Origin: Woeseiaceae bacterium
GTDB lineage: Bacteria; Pseudomonadota; Gammaproteobacteria; Steroidobacterales; Woeseiaceae
Assembly (NCBI GenBank): GCA_041572475.1
Contig: JBFFSI010000005.1
Coordinates: 475-64,474, forward strand
Length of the DNA: 64,000 nucleotides
Direction: 5' to 3'
Each line of letters begins with the position of its first letter. Position 1 is the first letter of the stretch. Both the position numbers and the translations under genes were made by a program. Below are positions 25,055-34,083 of the stretch, one piece after another. A model generated the notes under the pieces. It had not been told where the DNA came from. It saw nothing but the letters and a program-made list of their open reading frames with translations, and did not search any database.

Positions 25055-26245
25055 ATGCATCGAATGCAGTCGCAACCTGCAGCTGGTAATACCGTCCGGG
25101 ACGCGGCGAGCCGGGATTCAGCGTCGATCGCCGACGCGCAACCTGTGCCGCTGTATGTCGGCAGTGGCCTATTCCGGCGCGCTGCTTTCGGCAACCATCA
25201 CCCGCTGAAGATCGTCCGCCATTCTGCCGTCCTCGACCTCGTGCACATGCTTGGCTGGCTGACGGACGAGGCGTTCTGCACGGCGCCGGCGGCGACCTTC
25301 GATGAGCTCACGACATTTCATGACCCGGACTACGTGCGGGCCCTTCAATACGCAGACTCCACCGGGACGGTCGATCCCGCAGAGCGCACGCATTACCGCA
25401 TCGGCACCCTCGAAAACCCGTTGTTCACAGGGCTGTTCGAGCGGGCGGCAACGACGGTCGGCGGTTCGATACTGGCCGCGAGGCTAGCCGGCAAGGGCCA
25501 CGTCGTGTTTCACCCCTCCGGCGGCACCCACCATGGCCGGCCCGGCCGGGCGAGCGGTTTCTGCTATTTCAACGATCCCGTTTTCGCGATCCGGACCCTG
25601 CTTGGCGAGTGCGAGATGGACCGCGTGATGTATATCGACCTCGATGCCCATCACGGTGACGGGGTGGAGGAGGCGTTCGTCGACGAGCCTCGAGTGATGA
25701 CGGTGTCTATTCACGAGCAGCACCGCTGGCCCTACAGCGGCCTGGCCAGCGACCGGCGCAACGGCGGCGCGCGCAATCTGCCGGTCCCGAAGGGCGTCAA
25801 CGACAGCGAGCTCGAGTACCTGGTCGAGCATGCCGTGGAGCCGCTGCTTGACAGGTTCGCCCCCGATGCGCTCGTGCTCTGTTGCGGCGCGGACTGCCTG
25901 GCCGGGGATCCGTTGTCCGGCATGCAGCTGAGCAACGTGGCGCTGTGGGACACCGTGGAACGGCTGCTGGCGACCGGCAAGCCCGCGGTCATTCTCGGCG
26001 GTGGCGGTTACAATCCCTGGACCGTGGCGCGCTACTGGGCCGGTCTGTGGGGCCGCCTGATCGGCGCGACGTTCCCGGACGAGTTGCCCGCCGAGGCTCG
26101 CGAGTTGTTCGGCAAGTTGGAATGCGACCTGATCGACGAAGACGACGTCGAAGAGGCCTGGCTCAAGACGCTGGTGGACGTTCCCAATGCGGGCAAGGTG
26201 CGCGACGAGATAAGATCATTGGCGAGGGAAGTGACGAGGAGGTGA
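25055..26245 (+). CDS. Zn-dependent histone-deacetylase-family (AcuC/HDAC class I-like) lysine deacylase
   Basis: All catalytic blocks are present: SGGTHHG...ASGFCYFND, Zn ligands in DLDAHHGDG and GADCLAGDPL, and catalytic Tyr in GGGGYN. The exact start is uncertain (ATG 25055 or 25064, or GTG 25145). Confidence 0.85.
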   Translation: MHRMQSQPAAGNTVRDAASRDSASIADAQPVPLYVGSGLFRRAAFGNHHPLKIVRHSAVLDLVHMLGWLTDEAFCTAPAATFDELTTFHDPDYVRALQYADSTGTVDPAERTHYRIGTLENPLFTGLFERAATTVGGSILAARLAGKGHVVFHPSGGTHHGRPGRASGFCYFNDPVFAIRTLLGECEMDRVMYIDLDAHHGDGVEEAFVDEPRVMTVSIHEQHRWPYSGLASDRRNGGARNLPVPKGVNDSELEYLVEHAVEPLLDRFAPDALVLCCGADCLAGDPLSGMQLSNVALWDTVERLLATGKPAVILGGGGYNPWTVARYWAGLWGRLIGATFPDELPAEARELFGKLECDLIDEDDVEEAWLKTLVDVPNAGKVRDEIRSLAREVTRR

Positions 26246-26247
26246 GC

Positions 26248-27285
26248 ATGGCGTGGCTTGATGCCCTGGCCGGGATCGACGACCTGGAAGACGCGGAATT
26301 CGACGGAGATCTCGTTGCGCGCTTCGAGGCGATGGCGGCGAGGACCGTCGAGCGCCCGATCCGATTCTCGACGCCCACCTTCAAGGAATACGAAAGCTCC
26401 GAGCTGAGTGGTTGCGGCAAGAACAGCTTCCCGGCCTTTTCGATCACCGCGGCGGCCTGCGCGCTGAATTGCGACCACTGCCAGAAAAAAATCCTGGAGC
26501 CGATGATCCCGGCGACCAACCCGGCGATGCTGGACACGAAAGTGCGCCACCTCATCGAGACCCAGGAACTGAACGGGTTCCTGCTGTCAGGCGGTTCCAA
26601 CAAGCGCAACGAGATTCCGTACAGTCGCTACATGCCCGTCATCGAACACCTCAAGCGCGACTTCCCGCAGCTCAAGATTGCCGTGCACAGTGCGCTGCTG
26701 GACGAGCCGCGCGCAAAGGAGATGGAATCCGCAGGCGTCGACACGGTCATGATGGACGTCATCGGCGCCCAGGAGACCATCAACGAGGTCTACAACCTCG
26801 ACCGCTGTGTCGACGACTTCGAGGCGACACTCGCCGCGCTGTGTTCCACGTCCATGGAAGTGACGCCGCATATCGTGATCGGCCTGCACTATGGGCGCAT
26901 CCTCGGCGAGGCGAACGCGCTGGACATGGTCAGCCGCTACCCGGTGACGGCGCTGGTCTTGGTCGTGATCATGCCGTTCTATGCGAAGCCCGGGACCTTC
27001 GTCACGCCTGCAACTGCCGACGTCGGCCGCATCTTCCTCGAGGCGAGGGAGCGGCTGCCAGACCGGCAGGTGCTGCTGGGCTGTGCGCGGCCGCCAGGCA
27101 TGCACAAGCGGGTCACGGACGCTTACGCCATAATGGCCGGGCTCGATGGCATAGCCTTTCCGGCCGACGGCGCCGTCAGCGTGGCGCATACGATCGGCCG
27201 GCCGTTCGAGCAGGCGCATTCCTGCTGTTCGATCAAGGTCGGCAGCAGCCTCAAGACGTCAATTTCGCGTTCATGCGCGGCGTAA
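26248..27285 (+). CDS. Radical-SAM protein, LipS1/LipS2-type lipoyl synthase component (A)
   Basis: CX3CX2C as CALNCDHC. 345 aa. GAGGAGG SD (26236-26242) lies inside the deacylase gene, whose TGA (26243-26245) is 2 nt before this ATG. Assignment as LipS1 or LipS2 cannot be made by eye. Confidence 0.7.
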   Translation: MAWLDALAGIDDLEDAEFDGDLVARFEAMAARTVERPIRFSTPTFKEYESSELSGCGKNSFPAFSITAAACALNCDHCQKKILEPMIPATNPAMLDTKVRHLIETQELNGFLLSGGSNKRNEIPYSRYMPVIEHLKRDFPQLKIAVHSALLDEPRAKEMESAGVDTVMMDVIGAQETINEVYNLDRCVDDFEATLAALCSTSMEVTPHIVIGLHYGRILGEANALDMVSRYPVTALVLVVIMPFYAKPGTFVTPATADVGRIFLEARERLPDRQVLLGCARPPGMHKRVTDAYAIMAGLDGIAFPADGAVSVAHTIGRPFEQAHSCCSIKVGSSLKTSISRSCAA

Positions 27286-27300
27286 GCAAAGGATAGGACC

Positions 27301-28515
27301 ATGAGTTGCATCGAGCCGAAGTCCAGTACCGCGATGGAGCCGCGCTTCCCGCAGAAGACGCCGCAGGAGCGCCGTAACGGCCGCCGCGTCAAGGACAATG
27401 ACATCCCGCCGGAAGGTGTGTACCTGCCAAACAACAACTACCTCGCCCCGCACATGGTCTCGCCCGAGTATGTGCAGATGTCCAATGCGGCCGCGATCAC
27501 TCTAGGCATCATGGGCGGGCGCATGTACCGCTGCGAATGCACGCGCTGCCTCAACCTGCTGCTGACCTATCCCGAGGGTTGCCGGGCCAACTGTGCCTAC
27601 TGCGGGCTGGCGCGCCACCGCGAGGCGGACCGCGACTATGCGGACCGTAATTTCATCCGCGTCGACTGGCCGGCAGTGCCGCTTGTCGACATCGTCGATA
27701 TCGTTGCGAAAGACCCGGAGAACAGTCCGTTCCATCGGATGTGCATCTCGATGATCACGCACCCGCGGTCGGAGGCGGATACCTTCACGGTTCTCGAGCG
27801 CTGGACGGACCGGATCGACCCGGATGCGATTCCCGTTTCGATCCTGTCGAACCCGACGACGATGACCCGTGAGGACGTGCAGAAGACCCGGGATCTCGGC
27901 GCCGACATCTTCACGGTGGCGCTCGACGCAGCCACGCCCGAGGTCTTCGACCGCACGCGCGGGAAGGGCGTCCAGTCGCCGCACAAGTGGTCGAAGTACT
28001 GGGAGATCCTGCTCGATGCAAAAGATATCTTCGGCCCGGACAAGTTCGGCGCGCACATCATTGTCGGCATGGGGGAGACCGAATACGAGGCGCTGAAACT
28101 GGTCCAGGAGCTCGTCGATCTCGGTGGTCACAGCCACATGTTCTGCTTCTTCCCGGAGCAGGGCTCGCTGATGGATCATCTGCCCGCGACGCCCCGCGAC
28201 CAGTGGCGTCGAGTCCAGCTGGCGCGCTACCTGATCGACTACCGCGACGTCCGCGTCGATCACATGCGTTTCGACGATGAGGGCCGTGTCGTGGACTTCG
28301 GCCTGCCTGCGTCGGAACTCTCCAACATCATCGACGACGGCATCGCCTTCCGGACGTCGGGGTGCCCGGGCAAAGTCCAGGACGACATATCGGCCTGTGA
28401 CCGTCCCTACGGCGACTCACCCCCCTCGGATATCGCGAGCTATCCGTTCCAGCCCGAGAAGAAAGACATCAAGAAAATCCGCAAGCAACTCGAAATCCCG
28501 GTGCGGGTCGAATAA
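27301..28515 (+). CDS. Radical-SAM protein, LipS1/LipS2-type lipoyl synthase component (B), BioB-like
   Basis: CX3CX2C as CRANCAYCGLAR. 404 aa. Starts 15 nt after the previous gene. Confidence 0.7.
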   Translation: MSCIEPKSSTAMEPRFPQKTPQERRNGRRVKDNDIPPEGVYLPNNNYLAPHMVSPEYVQMSNAAAITLGIMGGRMYRCECTRCLNLLLTYPEGCRANCAYCGLARHREADRDYADRNFIRVDWPAVPLVDIVDIVAKDPENSPFHRMCISMITHPRSEADTFTVLERWTDRIDPDAIPVSILSNPTTMTREDVQKTRDLGADIFTVALDAATPEVFDRTRGKGVQSPHKWSKYWEILLDAKDIFGPDKFGAHIIVGMGETEYEALKLVQELVDLGGHSHMFCFFPEQGSLMDHLPATPRDQWRRVQLARYLIDYRDVRVDHMRFDDEGRVVDFGLPASELSNIIDDGIAFRTSGCPGKVQDDISACDRPYGDSPPSDIASYPFQPEKKDIKKIRKQLEIPVRVE

Positions 28516-28530
28516 GCCGACCTGCAAGGC

Positions 28531-29613
28531 ATGCCGAACGCATTTCGAATCATCGATACCGGTGTCCGCGAGGGCCGCGCCAATATTGCTTTCGATGCGG
28601 CGCTGATCGAAGAACGGCAGGCAGGCCGCGTGCCGGATACGGTTCGCTTCCTGCGGTTTCCGCCGACTGCGCTGATCGGGCGGCACCAGGACCTCAGCCG
28701 GGAGGTCAACCTCGACTATTGCCGTGAGCACGGGATCGGCATCGTTCGCCGCATCACGGGCGGCGGCGCCATCTACCTCGACGAGGGTCAGCTCGGCTGG
28801 GAACTCGTGTTTCATCGCGCCTCCCTGGGTGTTGCCGCGTTGCCCGACCTGACGCGCAAGATCTGCGATGCGGCCGCCGCCGGGCTGAGAAAGCTCGGCG
28901 TCAAGGCCCGGTTCCGGCCGAGAAACGACATCGAAGTAGATGGCCGCAAGCTGAGCGGGACGGGTGGCTTCTTCGACGGCGACGTGCTGATCTTCCAGGG
29001 GACGGTGCTGGTCGACATGAATTCGGGGCAGATGGCGCAGGCGCTGAATATCCCGGAAAGCAAGCTGGCCAAACATCAGCTGGAGTCGGCGGCCGACCGC
29101 ATCGTGACGCTGAAAGAACTGCTGGGCGACGACCTGCCGCCCATGGCGGACATACAGCAGGCACTCATCGACGGTTTCACCGAGAGTTTCGGCATCGAGG
29201 CCGCGCCCGGCGTCATCAGCGAGGCGGAAGAGGCGCTGGCCCACCGGCACTTCATCGAGGAGATCGGCACCGACGAGTTTGTCGGGGAAATCGACAATCC
29301 CGGCGAGGACAACGAGTTGCTCAGCGGTAGCCATACCGGTCCCGGCGGCACGATCGATGCGCACGTCAAGCTCGAGGGTCCGACCCGGCGCATGCTGCAG
29401 CGGGTACTGATCAGCGGCGACTTCTTCGTGACGCCGCCGCGCATCGTGTTCGACCTCGAGGCACACCTGATGCACACGCGCATCGAGGAGGTCGGTGCAG
29501 CCATCGACGAGTTCTTCGCGGACAACGACATCGACATGCTCAGCGTGTCCCCCGACGACTTCAAGGCGTCGATCGCCGCGGCCGTCGGGGCGGGAGGGCG
29601 GGCCGGTGTCTGA
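28531..29613 (+). CDS. Lipoate-protein ligase, sLpl(AB)-type (LplA catalytic plus accessory domain)
   Basis: N-terminal BPL/LPL catalytic-domain blocks: RFLRFPPTALIGRHQDL...IVRRITGGGAIYLDEGQL...GRKLSGTGGFFDG. Confidence 0.85.
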   Translation: MPNAFRIIDTGVREGRANIAFDAALIEERQAGRVPDTVRFLRFPPTALIGRHQDLSREVNLDYCREHGIGIVRRITGGGAIYLDEGQLGWELVFHRASLGVAALPDLTRKICDAAAAGLRKLGVKARFRPRNDIEVDGRKLSGTGGFFDGDVLIFQGTVLVDMNSGQMAQALNIPESKLAKHQLESAADRIVTLKELLGDDLPPMADIQQALIDGFTESFGIEAAPGVISEAEEALAHRHFIEEIGTDEFVGEIDNPGEDNELLSGSHTGPGGTIDAHVKLEGPTRRMLQRVLISGDFFVTPPRIVFDLEAHLMHTRIEEVGAAIDEFFADNDIDMLSVSPDDFKASIAAAVGAGGRAGV

Positions 29614-29659
29614 TTGCAGCCCCGACGCATTCGCCATGGCCGGGCGCACCGGGGCGCCA

Positions 29660-30403
29660 ATGAACGTCGTCGCGGTGATCCAGCATACCTCCGGAGAGTA
29701 CCTCGGCCTGATGGAGGACCACCTGGAAGGCCGTCGGATCCGCTTCCAGTATTTCCGCCCATTTACGAGCGGCGGCAAGCTGCCGGCGGCTGACTTGCCG
29801 GCCGACGCGTTGATCCTGCTGGGGGGCGGCCCGTGGGGCGCCGCCGGCACCCGCGACCTGCCGACGCTGGCCGAGGAAATCGAATTGACCCGGGCGCGCC
29901 TGGCGGAGGGTACGCCCGTCATCGGTATGGGCCTCGGCGCGCAGATCCTCGCCATCGCCGCCGGCGGGGGCGCGGAACCGGCCGAATTCGCGTTCGAGAT
30001 CTACCCGGCGACCCGCATCAAAGACGATGCGCTCAACGGCTTCCTGCCCGAGCGCTTCACGCAGGTGACGTACATGCGCGACCGTCCCGTACTGCCCGCC
30101 GACGCGAAGGTGCTGGCAGTGGGTCCCGACGACCGGCCGGCGATCTTCCAAATGGGCCATAATGCTTATGGCTTTCTGGGTAACCCCGGGATTAAGCTCG
30201 GCATGATCGAAGACCTCATCATGGAGTTCGAGGAAGTGCCGATCGGTGCGCCTGCCGAACTCGAGAGATTGCGCGGACTCCAGGTGGCTATCGAAGACGA
30301 CCTGGTGCCCATCATGACGGGGCTGGTGCAGTGCACGGCCCTGATGACGTCGCCACGGGCGGCGGAGGAAGCTGCGCGCAAATTGGACAACCCTTTAATT
30401 TAG
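29660..30403 (+). CDS. Class-I glutamine-amidotransferase-like protein lacking the nucleophile cysteine
   Basis: MNVVAVIQHTSGEYLG...LILLGGGPW...PVIGMGLGAQILA. The nucleophile-elbow position (G-x-C-x-G) reads G-M-G-L-G. An alternative start is ATG 29636. Confidence 0.65.
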   Translation: MNVVAVIQHTSGEYLGLMEDHLEGRRIRFQYFRPFTSGGKLPAADLPADALILLGGGPWGAAGTRDLPTLAEEIELTRARLAEGTPVIGMGLGAQILAIAAGGGAEPAEFAFEIYPATRIKDDALNGFLPERFTQVTYMRDRPVLPADAKVLAVGPDDRPAIFQMGHNAYGFLGNPGIKLGMIEDLIMEFEEVPIGAPAELERLRGLQVAIEDDLVPIMTGLVQCTALMTSPRAAEEAARKLDNPLI

Positions 30404-30470
30404 GATATGCTAATGTGCTGTTAAGCGGCCTTCCGTGGGGGTGGGTCGGCGGCAGCCGAGGATAATAACA

Positions 30471-30851
30471 ATGGCTGAGAAACTCATTATCGTCATGGCG
30501 AACACCGACACCCGGAACGGCGAGGAGCTCGGTGCGCCGATTTTCCAGGCGACCGTGGCAGCGGCGATGGATTATGAGGTGGACGTGATTTGCACGGCGA
30601 CGGCTGGCCGCCTGATGAAGAAAGGCGTCGCGGAAAAGCTGTTCGTGAAGGAAGGGTCGCCGAAGTCGGTTTACAGCTTCATCCAGGATGCCCACGAAGC
30701 CGGCGCCAAGTTCTATTGTTGTTCGCCTAACCTCGACCTCTTCGACATGACCCAGGACGACCTCATTCCCGAATGCGAAGGGATCGTCGGCGGCGCTCAC
30801 CTGATTGAGCAGGTCATGGAGGAAGAGGACACCCGGGTTCTTACTTACTAG
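30471..30851 (+). CDS. DsrE-family small sulfurtransferase-like protein
   Basis: 126 aa. GAGGA SD lies 8 nt before ATG 30471. KLIIVMANTD...AKFYCCSPNLDLFDM is DsrE/DsrF-like with paired Cys. Confidence 0.72.
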   Translation: MAEKLIIVMANTDTRNGEELGAPIFQATVAAAMDYEVDVICTATAGRLMKKGVAEKLFVKEGSPKSVYSFIQDAHEAGAKFYCCSPNLDLFDMTQDDLIPECEGIVGGAHLIEQVMEEEDTRVLTY

Positions 30852-30860
30852 GTCAGCTCT

Positions 30861-31607
30861 ATGTCGCACGCGTCCACGTCTCGAGTACAGGAATACATTG
30901 GCGATCCCGTATCGGAAGAAACACCGGTACCGAGGGAGCAACTTGAGGAGATCTTCCAGGACATCCAGGCGGACCTGCGCTACGACCACGAGCTGAACGG
31001 CTGTCTCAACTGCGGCATCTGCACCGCAACCTGCCCGGCTGCGCATTACTACGATTTCAGCCCGCGCGAGATCGTGCAGCTGCTCTGGACCGAGAATCTC
31101 GAGGGCATCTACGATGCCATGCAGGAGAAGATCTGGTCCTGTGCCCAGTGTTACACCTGTGCGGCGCGCTGTCCCTTCGGCAACTCGCCGGGTGGTCTGG
31201 TCATGCTCATGCGCGAGACCGCGATCAAGCACGGCATGGAGTCCGCCAAGAGCGTGCTGCGGCCGTTTAGCCGCGTCATGCTGAAGCTGATCTCCACGGG
31301 CAACCAGCTGTCGCCGGACATGATCAACCCCGAAGGCTTTGCCGATTGGGGGCCGCACATCTCGAAGGTGGATGCGCCGCTCGAGACGCTGCGCAAGGCG
31401 ATTCCGATGCCGACCTTGCATACGACCAAGACGGCATGGGAGGTCAACCTCAAAACATCTGTCGAGCTCTACACGATCTGGGAAGAAACCGGCGTGCTCG
31501 ACAGCCTCGAAACGATTGACGAAAACCTCTTCGACGTCATCTCGGACATCATGGACGAGAAGCGTGATGACTACGAAGACTGGTTGGACGAGCAGGACGA
31601 AGACTAG
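30861..31607 (+). CDS. hdrC1: sHdrC1, ferredoxin-like heterodisulfide-reductase-like subunit
   Basis: Two 4Fe-4S motifs, CLNCGICTATCP and CAQCYTCAARCP. Position and size are typical of sHdrC1. Confidence 0.85.
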   Translation: MSHASTSRVQEYIGDPVSEETPVPREQLEEIFQDIQADLRYDHELNGCLNCGICTATCPAAHYYDFSPREIVQLLWTENLEGIYDAMQEKIWSCAQCYTCAARCPFGNSPGGLVMLMRETAIKHGMESAKSVLRPFSRVMLKLISTGNQLSPDMINPEGFADWGPHISKVDAPLETLRKAIPMPTLHTTKTAWEVNLKTSVELYTIWEETGVLDSLETIDENLFDVISDIMDEKRDDYEDWLDEQDED

Positions 31608-31616
31608 GAGTAGCAA

Positions 31617-32963
31617 ATGTCGACAGGTAATGGTGGGGAACGTTTCACCGGTCACGGTTCTGAGTGGCAGGATACAAACCTGAGTAAGGAGGAAGCGCAC
31701 GTGGCTACGGTCTGGGTCGACCAGATCGTCAACCGGCGCTCCATGCTGACCAACAAGGACCGCGTCGAAGACGTGCGTGACCTGATGTGGGAACTCGAGA
31801 AAGACGGCGAGATCCTCGTGCATCGCGTCGAGGATCAGCACGAGCCGATCATGGTCAAGACGCTGTATGGCTGGGACAAGAAAATTCCGACGACCCAGCT
31901 ATGGCATCACAAGTCCTGCGGGCAGTGCGGCAACATCCCCGGTTACCCGGCTTCGCTCCTGTGGCTCATGAACGAGATGGACATCCGGTATCTCGACGAG
32001 ACCGACCAGACCTCGTGCACGGCATGGAACTACCACGGTTCGGGCATAGGCAATATCGAGAGCCTCTCGGCCGTGTTCCTGCGCAACTTCCACCAGGCCT
32101 ACGTCGCGGCCAAGGCCCAGGGCCTGCCGGAGGGCTACTACTATCCGCTGGTTCACTGCGGCACGTCTTTCGGCAACTACAAGGAGGTGCGCGGTTACCT
32201 GCTGCACTCGGCCAAGCTGCGCGAGCGGGTCAAGAAGATCCTCGGTAAGCTGGGGCGCCTCGTGGACGGCAAGCTGCTGATTCCCGAAGAGGTCGTGCAC
32301 TACTCCGAATGGCTGCACGTGATGCGGGACAAGATCGCCGAACGCCAGGTTATCGACGCCAGCGAGATCCGTGCGACGGTGCACCCGGCCTGCCACGTCT
32401 ACAAGATGGTGCCGGAAGACGCCATTTACGACGACAAGATTCTCGGCGGCAACCGTGTCGCCGTGACGACCGGGGTTCTCGAGTCGCTGGGCACGCAGGT
32501 CATCGACTACCGCACCTGGTACGACTGCTGCGGATTCGGCTTTAGGCACATCATTTCCGAGCGCGAGTTCACGCGCTCGTTCGCGATCGATCGCAAGATC
32601 CGGGTGGCGCAGGAAGAGGCGCGCGCGGATATGATGATTGGCCACGACACCGGTTGCATCACCACGCTCGACAAGAACCAGTGGATCGGCGCAGCCGCCG
32701 GCAAGCCGGTCGACCTTCCCGTGATGGCGGACTGCCAGTTCGCCGCGCTGGTCTGCGGCGCACATCCCTACAAGATCGTGCAGCTGCACTGGCACGCGTC
32801 GTCGACCGAAAGGCTGATGGAAAAACTGGGCATCGACTGGCAGGCGAAGAAAGCCGAGTTCGAGGCCTATTTAAAGGACGTGGAAGCGGGCAAGGGCGAG
32901 ACCCTTTACGACCCGCGAAAGATGATCACGTCCGGTCCGGGATTCAAGGCAATCGAAGGCTAG
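31617..32963 (+). CDS. hdrB1: sHdrB1, CCG-domain subunit
   Basis: 448 aa. Cys-rich blocks CGQCGN, HPACHVYK and WYDCCGFGF (CCG motif). Confidence 0.85.
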   Translation: MSTGNGGERFTGHGSEWQDTNLSKEEAHVATVWVDQIVNRRSMLTNKDRVEDVRDLMWELEKDGEILVHRVEDQHEPIMVKTLYGWDKKIPTTQLWHHKSCGQCGNIPGYPASLLWLMNEMDIRYLDETDQTSCTAWNYHGSGIGNIESLSAVFLRNFHQAYVAAKAQGLPEGYYYPLVHCGTSFGNYKEVRGYLLHSAKLRERVKKILGKLGRLVDGKLLIPEEVVHYSEWLHVMRDKIAERQVIDASEIRATVHPACHVYKMVPEDAIYDDKILGGNRVAVTTGVLESLGTQVIDYRTWYDCCGFGFRHIISEREFTRSFAIDRKIRVAQEEARADMMIGHDTGCITTLDKNQWIGAAAGKPVDLPVMADCQFAALVCGAHPYKIVQLHWHASSTERLMEKLGIDWQAKKAEFEAYLKDVEAGKGETLYDPRKMITSGPGFKAIEG

Positions 32964-33022
32964 GTTGCCTCGTGCCGCCCGCGGCGGCATAGAGAGACGG
33001 CTCGCTGAGACGAGAGGATGAC

Positions 33023-34072
33023 ATGGCAAAACCAATACTAATTCTAGGTGGCGGACCGGCCGGTCTGGCCGCGGCACATAGCCTCGGTACCGTTGGCCGT
33101 TCCAGTATTCTCGTCGAGAAAGAAGACAAGCTCGGGGGCGCACCGATCCTGTCCGGCTATGCCAAGCTCGTGCCTACGGGCGAATGGGCCAAGGATGCGA
33201 TCGGCGGGATGGTGAAACGAGTCGAGAATGACAAGAACGTCAAGGTGCTAACCGGTACTACCGTCACGAAGTTCGACGGCAGTCCCGGGAATTTCGAAGC
33301 ACAGCTCTCCAGTGGCGACAGCGTGCAGGTCGATGCGGCAGTACTCTGTAGCGGGTTCACTCACTTCGACTCGGTCAACAAGCCCGAGTGGGGTTTCGGC
33401 ACGTTTCCCGATGTCGTGACGACGACCCAGGTCGAGCAGATGATCTCGTCGGGCCAGGGCGTGCGCTGCCCGTCTGACGGCCGCAAGCCGCAACGGGTAG
33501 CGATCCTGCTGTGCGTCGGCTCCCGTGACCGCCAGATCGGCCGCGAGTGGTGCTCCAAGATCTGCTGCACGGTATCGGCCAACATGGCCATGGAGATCCG
33601 CGAGGAGCTGCCGGATTGCCACGTCTATATCTATTACATGGACATCCGAACCTTCGGCCTCTACGAGACCAAGTACTACTGGCGCAGCCAGGAGGAGTTC
33701 AAGGTCAAGTACATCAAGGCGCGTATCGCCGAGGTCACGTCCGACGGTGAGAAGCTGATCGTCAAGGGCGAGGACACACTCGTGAAGCGTCCGATCACGA
33801 TCCCCTTCGACTTGGTGGTGCACGCGATTGGCATGGACCCGAACGTGGATAACCCGACCATCGCCGAGACCTTTGGTGTCGACCTCGAAGAACACGGGCA
33901 CATTGCTGCGGCCAATCGCTACGGCGCCATGGGTCACACGTCTCGACCCGGCGTTTACGTTGCCGGCGCGGCAACCGGCCCGGAGACGATCGATGATTCG
34001 ATCGCCCAGGGCCACGCGGCCGCCATGTCGGTGCTGTCGGCCCTCAGCGAGTCGCTGGGCAAGAGCGCCTAG
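33023..34072 (+). CDS. hdrA: sHdrA, FAD/FeS flavoprotein subunit (short bacterial type)
   Basis: Dinucleotide fold ILILGGGPAGLAAAHSLG. HdrA cluster signature LLCVGSRDRQIGREWCSKICC. 349 aa. Confidence 0.9.
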   Translation: MAKPILILGGGPAGLAAAHSLGTVGRSSILVEKEDKLGGAPILSGYAKLVPTGEWAKDAIGGMVKRVENDKNVKVLTGTTVTKFDGSPGNFEAQLSSGDSVQVDAAVLCSGFTHFDSVNKPEWGFGTFPDVVTTTQVEQMISSGQGVRCPSDGRKPQRVAILLCVGSRDRQIGREWCSKICCTVSANMAMEIREELPDCHVYIYYMDIRTFGLYETKYYWRSQEEFKVKYIKARIAEVTSDGEKLIVKGEDTLVKRPITIPFDLVVHAIGMDPNVDNPTIAETFGVDLEEHGHIAAANRYGAMGHTSRPGVYVAGAATGPETIDDSIAQGHAAAMSVLSALSESLGKSA

Positions 34073-34083
34073 GGCCGCGCACC

